Of a DNA stretch of 56,841 nt, positions 8,063 through 14,702 are shown piece after piece; the stretch's first letter is position 1; every line of letters starts with the position of its first letter. The notes under the pieces were generated by a model. The model did no database searches. It had not been told where the DNA came from and saw only the letters and a program-made list of their open reading frames with translations. Both the position numbers and the translations under genes were made by a program. The stretch spans positions 1 to 56,841 of the forward strand of contig CAYNKI010000001.1 of NCBI GenBank assembly GCA_964397675.1, read 5' to 3'. Source of the stretch: an uncultured Pirellulales bacterium (GTDB lineage Bacteria; Planctomycetota; Phycisphaerae; Sedimentisphaerales; Anaerobacaceae).

Positions 8063-8794
8063 TTGATAGTGTTTCGTACAAAAGAACAATCAGAACCGGA
8101 CGGACCCACAGGTGCACCGGAATGGATGGTAACTTTCAGCGACTGTATGACGCTGCTGTTGACGTTCTTCGTGCTGTTGTTGAGTTTCTCATCCTTTGAT
8201 GATAAAATTTTTCAGAAGTTAAAAGTGATTTTCTCCAATGCCCTGCCTGCGGTTAGCCAGCAAGACAAACAAGGAAAAGATGCTTTTTTGGCCACGCAGC
8301 AAATTCAACATACAGAGGATATTAGCGAAGGCAGTGAAAAACCAACTTTAGAAAAAGGAATGCAGGACCACCTAAAGCAAGAATCAGAGCCAATAGATTT
8401 CCGTAGCCGGAAGGTATTTTTAATCTCATCGGAGAAGATTTTTTGGGGTAAGGGGACCGCTATTTCTCTTCAAGGTCGTGAGGCTTTAGCCACTATAGCA
8501 TCATTCTTAAAACAAATACCCAACCGGGTAGTGATTAGTGAATGTCCCGCGAATCGCAAATCGCAAATCGCAAATCGCGACGTGTCACAGGCGATAAGCG
8601 ATTCGCAAATTGGTCTGCAGAGAGCTTGGGCGGTGGTGGAGTATCTGGTAAAAAAACAGCACCTCGACAAAAATTGGTTCAGCATCTCAGCAGCGAGCAC
8701 TGTGCCTCAAGAGAGCTTTGAAAGCGGTAAGCAGGCAGAGGAAACTAAACGAGTACTTGAGATTGTTTTATTGGAACGGAGCATTTACCATTGA
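8063..8794 (+). CDS. motB: MotB-like stator protein, paralogue 1
   Basis: N-terminal TM with the conserved Asp (MVTFSDCMTLLLTFFVLLL). Weak OmpA-like C-terminus (LQRAWAVVEYL). The TTG start is uncertain. Heptad repeat 8549-8582 is translated as ANRKSQIANRD. Confidence 0.7.
   Translation: MIVFRTKEQSEPDGPTGAPEWMVTFSDCMTLLLTFFVLLLSFSSFDDKIFQKLKVIFSNALPAVSQQDKQGKDAFLATQQIQHTEDISEGSEKPTLEKGMQDHLKQESEPIDFRSRKVFLISSEKIFWGKGTAISLQGREALATIASFLKQIPNRVVISECPANRKSQIANRDVSQAISDSQIGLQRAWAVVEYLVKKQHLDKNWFSISAASTVPQESFESGKQAEETKRVLEIVLLERSIYH
8549..8582. repeat. tandem heptads (AATCGCA x4)
   Basis: Inside motB paralogue 1. Confidence 0.85.
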
Positions 8795-9606
8795 GAAAAC
8801 AGAACCAAACAACGCAAGAAAGCTCTCCTAAAGTCCCCGCCTATATCGTCACATTTTCAGATATGGTAACGCTATTGCTAACCTTCTTTGTAATGCTGCT
8901 GAGCTTAGCGAGCGTGCAGGACCCCGAGCTATTTAACATGGGCCGAGGCTCGTTTATCCAATCAATAAAAGAACTTGGACTTGGAATGCTTTATGGCAGA
9001 AAGCCACGTCCTGATTCCGGCAACGCTAAAATCAAATATTTTATAAGTACGCCTGACAAGCTATTGCAGGTCAGAACTATAGATGCAAAGGAGGAAGAAC
9101 TTCGACGGATTTTCACAAAAATCAGCCGGTCAATGACAACTATACCTTCTCAAATAATTGCCAAAAATACTGCTCTTTCAGTAACGAATATTCGGTTCTC
9201 ACCAGGCCAGATAACGTTAAATGAATCGGCAAAGAAATACTTAGCAGAATTTTGCTTGGGTTTACAGAATTCTCGAAGATCAATCCCGAAGTACTTCGGG
9301 ACTGGAAGCCCGTTGGGAATCGAGAATCGAGAAGGCCTTTATGTGCTTGGTTTGGCTAATGAGACATCGGCGAGCTCGGACGAGCCGCAGATGACAGAAA
9401 AACAGCAATGGCTGCTCTCCGCCCGCAGAGCCCAAGCGGTTGCGAATTTCTTGCAAAATACCTTACAGTCCCGAAGTACTTCGGGACCGCCGGCGTGGCA
9501 TATCTATTGGTGGGGTGCAGGTCCAGGAGGAGATTGGGTGGCTAAAGACAGCCCAATCTCCAGACACTCGCAAATCCTAATCGCAGTCCTTCGGGCAAGT
9601 GATTAA
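8791..9606 (+). CDS. motB: MotB-like stator protein, paralogue 2
   Basis: TM with conserved Asp (IVTFSDMVTLLLTFFVMLL). OmpA-like block LSARRAQAVANFL. Overlaps paralogue 1 by 4 nt. Two PAL-B copies (PKYFGT, RSTSG). Confidence 0.7.
   Translation: MRKQNQTTQESSPKVPAYIVTFSDMVTLLLTFFVMLLSLASVQDPELFNMGRGSFIQSIKELGLGMLYGRKPRPDSGNAKIKYFISTPDKLLQVRTIDAKEEELRRIFTKISRSMTTIPSQIIAKNTALSVTNIRFSPGQITLNESAKKYLAEFCLGLQNSRRSIPKYFGTGSPLGIENREGLYVLGLANETSASSDEPQMTEKQQWLLSARRAQAVANFLQNTLQSRSTSGPPAWHIYWWGAGPGGDWVAKDSPISRHSQILIAVLRASD
9284..9301. repeat. PAL-B
   Basis: Perfect, in motB paralogue 2 (PKYFGT). Confidence 0.95.
9316..9333. repeat. tandem heptads (GAATCGA)
   Basis: Inside motB paralogue 2, 15 nt after a PAL-B copy. 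Confidence 0.7.
9469..9486. repeat. PAL-B
   Basis: Perfect, in motB paralogue 2 (RSTSG). Confidence 0.95.
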
Positions 9607-9753
9607 TTGGTGCGGGACTTGTCAAGTTTTTGGACAATTTGCTGGTTTAATCAGCCCATTTTTACACAAATCACGCACTAATTGCCCTCATGCGCAAGGA
9701 CCAATCCCGAAAATTAGCTGGAAAACAAAGATTTTGGTTCAATTGGTGCAGGG

Positions 9754-9769
9754 CGGCATACTATTTGCA
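9754..9769 (+). promoter_or_regulatory. sigma54-like promoter upstream of fliO
   Basis: cGGCATactatTTGCa has the GG and GC dinucleotides at the correct spacing. It is weaker than the other four (T instead of C at -22). The ATG lies only 19 nt after the -12 GC. Confidence 0.45.
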
Positions 9770-9786
9770 CATAAAAATGGTGAGTA

Positions 9787-10320
9787 ATGAGACATAGAAA
9801 AAAAATCGTGGTACTTCTGCTGACAGCCCTGATGTGCGGCATTCTTCTTGCAGCCTCAAGGCTATCGGTCGACCCCGCTGCTTCGCGTTTGTCAATCGGT
9901 GCGGGGTTGTTTGCGAATGATCCCAATTTTTCTACAAAAGCGAATAGTAATTCCGCTACCCAAGAGCTGTTCCTTAAAACAATGCTTGCGGTTCTACTTG
10001 TCATTGTTATAGGTGTGGCGGCAATTGTAACCTGCCGGAAACTTTTGCCGAAGATTGCACAGGGCGGAGCACTGGACTGGTTCAGTATCGCATTCAGCGG
10101 GACCGACAAAAAGATTCACATCTTAGAAACGACCCATCTCGGACCAAAAAAAGCAGTGCATCTGATCGAAATAGGTAATCAACAATTTCTTGTAGGCAGC
10201 ACAAATGAGAGCATTACTATGTTAGCTGATGTGACAGATGCTCGATGCTCGATACCGGATGCCAGTCAGGAATCGAGCATCGAGAATCAAGAATCGAGAA
10301 TCGAGAATGTGAGGATATAA
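9787..10320 (+). CDS. fliO: flagellar biosynthesis protein FliO
   Basis: Single TM plus the block LGPKKAVHLIEIGNQQFLVGSTNESITMLADV, typical of FliO. Directly precedes fliP. The C-terminal 25 aa are encoded by heptad-repeat DNA. Confidence 0.7.
   Translation: MRHRKKIVVLLLTALMCGILLAASRLSVDPAASRLSIGAGLFANDPNFSTKANSNSATQELFLKTMLAVLLVIVIGVAAIVTCRKLLPKIAQGGALDWFSIAFSGTDKKIHILETTHLGPKKAVHLIEIGNQQFLVGSTNESITMLADVTDARCSIPDASQESSIENQESRIENVRI
10237..10310. repeat. heptad hairpin (GATGCTC units pairing with GAATCGA/GCATCGA units)
   Basis: Encodes the fliO C-terminus. Left arm 10237-10253 is complementary to 10272-10284. Confidence 0.8.
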
Positions 10321-11151
10321 ATGGCAGGCTCAAAAAACGAAATCCCGATGTGCATCGGGACTCTGTTTCTGGTCTTTGCATTTTTGGGACCGGCCGATTT
10401 ATCTTTTGGGCAGGCTAATCGTCCATCATCCATCGTCGACCAAGGAACGACGGACGAAATCCCAAGTTTCGGTGATTTGATGACAGTTATAGATAAGGCC
10501 ACCAACAACGAGACAAAAGGTAAAGATTGGTCGACACCTGTCAAACTGGTAATCATTTTTACCGGCCTAGCGATTCTACCCAGTCTTTTAGTGATGATGA
10601 CATCCTTTACTCGAATAGTGATTGTCCTGTCTTTTGTTCGTCGGGCTTTGTCTACACAAACCATACCGCCAACTATTGCTATTATAGGTCTGGCATTATT
10701 TCTAACACTATATACCATGGCTCCTACGTATTCGGCGATCAATAGTGCCTCCATTCAGCCTTACCTTGCAGACACGATTGATTTTACAACAGCGGGAAAA
10801 AAGGCGGGCGATTGTATCAAGGAATTCATGCTCCGGCAAAGTAGGGAAGCTGATTTGGCACTTTTTGTGCAAATGGCTAAGATAGAACCTCCCGTTAGCC
10901 CTATGGATATCGATTTACATGTTGTAATTCCTGCATTCATTATCAGTGAATTTCGCACAGCGTTTGAGATAGGATGCCTTTTATTTATACCTTTCTTATT
11001 GGTGGATATGGTTATTGCAAGTGTTTTGCTGAGTGCGGGTATGATAATGTTGCCGCCGGTGATGATTTCGCTGCCTTTCAAGCTGATATTATTTATCCTT
11101 GTTGACGGCTGGGGATTACTGGCGAAAAGCCTTAGTTTAGGCTTCAAATAA
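10321..11151 (+). CDS. fliP: flagellar export gate protein FliP
   Basis: FliP motifs LPSLLVMMTSFTRIVIVLSFVR and GLALFLTLYTMAP. PAL-A variant at 10343 reads PMCIGT in the signal-peptide region. Confidence 0.95.
   Translation: MAGSKNEIPMCIGTLFLVFAFLGPADLSFGQANRPSSIVDQGTTDEIPSFGDLMTVIDKATNNETKGKDWSTPVKLVIIFTGLAILPSLLVMMTSFTRIVIVLSFVRRALSTQTIPPTIAIIGLALFLTLYTMAPTYSAINSASIQPYLADTIDFTTAGKKAGDCIKEFMLRQSREADLALFVQMAKIEPPVSPMDIDLHVVIPAFIISEFRTAFEIGCLLFIPFLLVDMVIASVLLSAGMIMLPPVMISLPFKLILFILVDGWGLLAKSLSLGFK
10343..10360. repeat. PAL-A, centre GTGC
   Basis: TCCCGATGTGCATCGGGA in fliP (PMCIGT). Confidence 0.9.
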
Positions 11152-11250
11152 ATGCAAAAATTAAAAGTTAAAAGTCAAAATTTCGGAGTTGCCGTTTCGT
11201 GTCAACGACTTCCTTAATTTAAAATTTTGTTATTTGATTTTTACATTTGG
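11150..11250. repeat. composite A/T-heptad hairpin element
   Basis: fliP|fliQ junction. AAATGCAAAAATTAAAAGTTAAAAGTCAAAATTTCGG - GC core - GACTTCCTTAATTTAAAATTTTGTTATTTGATTTTTACATTTGG. Confidence 0.85.
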
Positions 11251-11258
11251 TGATATAA

Positions 11259-11528
11259 ATGGATAGTAGCTTTGCTCTTTATATAGGCCGACACACCCTC
11301 GAGACAGCCTTGCTTTTAGCTGCCCCGATTCTGATAACCTGCATAGTAGTAGGTATGACAGTTACATTACTGCAGGCGGTCACCTCTATACGCGATATGA
11401 CCTTAACGATAGTTCCTAAACTTCTGGCTGTTGGCGCTGTCGTATTACTCTTTGGCGGCTGGATGCTCCAGGTCACACTTAGATTTGCTAACGAAATTTT
11501 TGGCCATATCCAAAATATTGGAAATTAA
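11259..11528 (+). CDS. fliQ: flagellar export gate protein FliQ
   Basis: 89 aa, two TM segments, between fliP and fliR. Confidence 0.9.
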   Translation: MDSSFALYIGRHTLETALLLAAPILITCIVVGMTVTLLQAVTSIRDMTLTIVPKLLAVGAVVLLFGGWMLQVTLRFANEIFGHIQNIGN

Positions 11529-11625
11529 ATGTAAAAATCAAAAAGCAAAAATCAAAATTGTGGAGTTGCCGCTGTGCGGCAACGACTTCCTTAATTTTAC
11601 ATTTTGCATTTTAATTTTTGATTTG
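11527..11625. repeat. composite A/T-heptad hairpin element
   Basis: fliQ|fliR junction. Core GTTGCCGCTGTGCGGCAAC (11565-11583). Confidence 0.9.
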
Positions 11626-11633
11626 TCCGGTAC

Positions 11634-12404
11634 ATGTTCGAAAAATTACTGAGTTTTGTAATGGTGCTGACCAGGATTTCGGCGTTTTTTCTGCTGCTTC
11701 CTGTATTTGGCTGGAAAACTATTCCGGTTAGGATCAAAGTTGCCTTGATCCTGCTTTTGTCATTTTTCTTTTCAATCCCGATGTACATCGGGACACCTTT
11801 GACTATCCCCGATCGAGCCGGGGATCCAAAGCAAGTCTCCTTTTTGGAGTCGATACCGCTGATAGCTAATGAAGCAACCTACGGATTGGCTCTGGGATTA
11901 GTCGTTACTCTAATATTTTCAGTGGTTAAACTCGCCGGTAGGATTATTGAAAGACAAATGGGTTTAGTGATGGCAAACATTATTGACCCTTTAACCGACG
12001 AAAGAACTCAGCCATTGGGTAGCTTGTTAGAGATGATATTTATAATTCTGTTTCTAAGCGCCAATGGCCACCATTTGTTCTTATTGATTATATCGAAAAG
12101 TTACGAGGCCTTTCCTGCCGGAAGTATACCCACGATACCGATTTTGGCCGGTGGAGTGATTAAAGCCAGCTCAGCAATGTTCTTTGCTGGTTTAAGATTA
12201 GCTGCACCAATGTTAGCAGCGTTTTTGTTATTGCTGGTTATCTTAGCGGTCTTAGCACGCGTGGTTCCGGAAATGAATATTCTGTTTATCAGTTTGCCAT
12301 TGCGCGTAGGCCTGGGATTGTTAATGGCAGCGATGATTTTGCCATTTATTAATGGATTTATAGCTGAATTCGCTGACTGGATGGTCAAACTGCTGCCTTT
12401 GTGA
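11634..12404 (+). CDS. fliR: flagellar export gate protein FliR
   Basis: 256-aa polytopic membrane protein between fliQ and flhB. PAL-A at 11776 reads PMYIGT. Confidence 0.9.
   Translation: MFEKLLSFVMVLTRISAFFLLLPVFGWKTIPVRIKVALILLLSFFFSIPMYIGTPLTIPDRAGDPKQVSFLESIPLIANEATYGLALGLVVTLIFSVVKLAGRIIERQMGLVMANIIDPLTDERTQPLGSLLEMIFIILFLSANGHHLFLLIISKSYEAFPAGSIPTIPILAGGVIKASSAMFFAGLRLAAPMLAAFLLLLVILAVLARVVPEMNILFISLPLRVGLGLLMAAMILPFINGFIAEFADWMVKLLPL
11776..11793. repeat. PAL-A
   Basis: Perfect, in fliR (PMYIGT). Confidence 0.95.
11806..11824. repeat. GC hairpin
   Basis: TCCCCGATCGAGCCGGGGA in fliR, 12 nt after a PAL-A copy. Confidence 0.6.
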
Positions 12405-12416
12405 AGTAAAAAGTAA

Positions 12417-12444
12417 AAAGGAAAAACTTTTGCCTTTTTCCTTT
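12417..12444. repeat. A/T hairpin with heptad lead-in (GTAAAAA GTAAAAA GGAAAAA)
   Basis: fliR|flhB junction. AAAGGAAAAA-cttttgcc-TTTTTCCTTT forms a 10-bp stem directly before the flhB RBS. Confidence 0.7.
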
Positions 12445-12455
12445 GGAGACCAATT

Positions 12456-13553
12456 ATGCCGGAGCAGCCAGCCGCTGAAAAGACCGAGCAGCCAACAGCA
12501 CGTAAATTACGGAAAGCCAAACAGCAGGGACAAGTGCCGCAAAGCCAGGAGTTAACATCCGTGGCGACGCTTATAGTGTTAGTACTGATGTTGGCTTTTT
12601 TAGCACCAAGCCTGCTGCAATGGTTCATCGTGAAAATCAAATCTGCTTGTGGCGGAACCCCGATGTACATCGGGGGAATCTTTGCCGACAGCAAGGCTTT
12701 TATTCAGTTTGTCAACACAAGTGTTATCGATTCAATACTCCTTATTAGCCCTATTTTCATAGCACTTGTAGCGGCCTCCATTCTGGCCGGAGCTACTATT
12801 AGCGGTTTTAATTTCACACCGGAAGCTGTCAAATTAAAATGGAGCACGATAAGTCCGGCAACAGGCCTTAAAAAGTTAGTAAACGCCCGCTCTATGGTGC
12901 ACCTGCTCGTATCCATAGCAAAATTGTTTTTTGTCTTCATCGTTGTCTGGTTGTATCTACAAAGTAAGCATGATACGTTGGCTACACTTCGGTGGGCTGA
13001 GAGTATTCAGATAATTACAGCTATCGCAAGGATTATATTTGGATTATGCGTACGGGTTGGTATTGCGCTATTGGTTATAGGGATTGCCGATGCCTTTTAC
13101 CAGAAATGGAAGTATATCCAAGACCTGAAGATGACGCGTCAGGAAGTCAAACAAGAACGCAAGGAAACAGAAGGTTCGCCTGAGGTCAAAACCAGAATCC
13201 GAAAGATTCAGTTCGAGATGTCAATGAAACGCTTGCTCCAGGAAGTACCCAAGGCCAACGTGATTCTTGTCAACCCGACACACGTAGCAGTGGCACTACG
13301 TTACGAGGCAAAGACCATGGAAGCTCCTGTCGTGGTGGCAAAAGGAGCAGATTATTTAGCTGAAAAAATCAACGAAATTGCACGGGCTTATGGGATTGCT
13401 ATAGTAAGAAGGCCTGAGTTAGCAAGAACAATATATTCCACAGTCCAGCTCGGCAGTCCTATTCCAGAAACCCTATACGTGGCGGTAGCCGAAGTGCTGG
13501 CGATGATTTATCGGCTGCGACGCAAAAAGAGGAACCCTCAAGCACAATCTTAG
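12456..13553 (+). CDS. flhB: flagellar export switch protein FlhB
   Basis: N-terminus EKTEQPTARKLRKAKQQGQVPQS. NPTH autocleavage motif (VNPTHVAVAL). PAL-A at 12658 reads PMYIGG. Confidence 0.95.
   Translation: MPEQPAAEKTEQPTARKLRKAKQQGQVPQSQELTSVATLIVLVLMLAFLAPSLLQWFIVKIKSACGGTPMYIGGIFADSKAFIQFVNTSVIDSILLISPIFIALVAASILAGATISGFNFTPEAVKLKWSTISPATGLKKLVNARSMVHLLVSIAKLFFVFIVVWLYLQSKHDTLATLRWAESIQIITAIARIIFGLCVRVGIALLVIGIADAFYQKWKYIQDLKMTRQEVKQERKETEGSPEVKTRIRKIQFEMSMKRLLQEVPKANVILVNPTHVAVALRYEAKTMEAPVVVAKGADYLAEKINEIARAYGIAIVRRPELARTIYSTVQLGSPIPETLYVAVAEVLAMIYRLRRKKRNPQAQS
12658..12675. repeat. PAL-A with C..G outer pair
   Basis: CCCCGATGTACATCGGGG in flhB (PMYIGG). Confidence 0.95.
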
Positions 13554-13749
13554 TTTGTGAAAACCAAAAGGCTCCTGCAAAATCAGAGGCCTGAGTAGGC
13601 TGTTAGATCGTGTATATGGGAAATATCAGTTCGTATATTTGTTTACTTTCGGTTTTAGGGCATATTGGTTAATGTTATCGGGGCATATTGGCCGACTGTA
13701 TTAATTGTATTGCTGGGAATTTTCCATTTTCGCGGAACGGACACAACTA

Positions 13750-14658
13750 ATGTTTGAGAGTTTGCCTATAACGGTGTTGGACAAGTGTGAGGGGCGGACT
13801 AATCTGGGCGATAACGATGAGATTGTCAGTTTTGACCTTGATGTTCTTGGCAAACCAGTACACCTTCAAGTTGCGGTCAAGGATAAGCAAGCGAGGCTGG
13901 CAGATATTGTGCCTGCGGCAAGAGCGCTGTCATCCAGGATTGTCGAAACCACGATGAAGAGGCTCAAGGACATTGGAGCATCTGTTCCATGTCACAAAGG
14001 TTGTGCGGCTTGTTGCACCTACTACTTAGTTTGCATTTCGGTTCCTGAAGTATTCCGTCTCGTGCAAGAAACGACAATGATGCCATTAGAACGGTGTGGA
14101 GATATAGTGGACTCTTGCTCGAAAGTGGCTAAACGAATCCGTAGATACCTGGAGAAACACATCGCTCTCAAGGAACTCACACATACTAAAACGAGCTCAC
14201 AAGTACCAACTCTTGAGATACATGGGGAGCAATTGGAAAAACTCCCAGATTGGTATGCTAAGCAGAAATTGCCTTGTGCTTTTCTGCGCAACAGGTTATG
14301 CACAATTTACGAACAAAGACCTGTTACCTGCCGCGAGCATTTGGTAGTAGGTACCGCGCCATGTCAGCTCGACAAGGAGGATGGTGAACGGAGAATAGAA
14401 GGGCCGACCCCCCCTATCCGCATGATAGATGCTCTGAAACTCTTGGCCAGCGATCTTGAGGGCACAACCCGACAGTCAGTACCACTACCCTACGCATTTG
14501 ACTGGTATCGAGGAAACATAGAACGGAGTAACCGCACATGGTCTGCTCTGACGATAGCCCAACGGTTTATTGGGATTGTAAGGGCGATGATTTCGGAGAG
14601 TAATAGAATACGAGCAGAACGGGTAAAATATGAAAGCAAACAAGGCACAGGTTCTTAG
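13750..14658 (+). CDS. CxxCxxCC-type Cys-rich protein (YkgJ/FliB flagellin N-methylase-like family)
   Basis: ORF 13705..14658, with ATG 13750 preferred. Cys clusters PCHKGCAACC and CAFLRNRLCTIYEQRPVTCREH resemble the putative zinc/iron-chelating CxxCxxCC family that includes Salmonella FliB. Convergent with fliD. Confidence 0.45.
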   Translation: MFESLPITVLDKCEGRTNLGDNDEIVSFDLDVLGKPVHLQVAVKDKQARLADIVPAARALSSRIVETTMKRLKDIGASVPCHKGCAACCTYYLVCISVPEVFRLVQETTMMPLERCGDIVDSCSKVAKRIRRYLEKHIALKELTHTKTSSQVPTLEIHGEQLEKLPDWYAKQKLPCAFLRNRLCTIYEQRPVTCREHLVVGTAPCQLDKEDGERRIEGPTPPIRMIDALKLLASDLEGTTRQSVPLPYAFDWYRGNIERSNRTWSALTIAQRFIGIVRAMISESNRIRAERVKYESKQGTGS

Positions 14659-14702
14659 ATGTTAAAATACAGAAGTGTAAAGAAATAAACTGAGCCTTTG
14701 CT

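Noticed and set aside
9626-9642. TTGGACAATTTGCTGG might be a sigma54 promoter.
   Set aside because: The GG-to-GC spacing is about 3 nt too short for a -24/-12 element.
9599-9787. A 62-aa ORF lies in the motB'/fliO spacer.
   Set aside because: It has no motif or RBS, and the region is better explained as a promoter-containing spacer. The direct repeat AATTGGTGC(G/A)GG at ~9604 and ~9741 was noted but not interpreted.
13556-13600. A weak inverted repeat (AGGCTCCTG...CAGAGGCCT) after flhB might be a terminator.
   Set aside because: The stem is imperfect and has no T-run, which is not enough to call.
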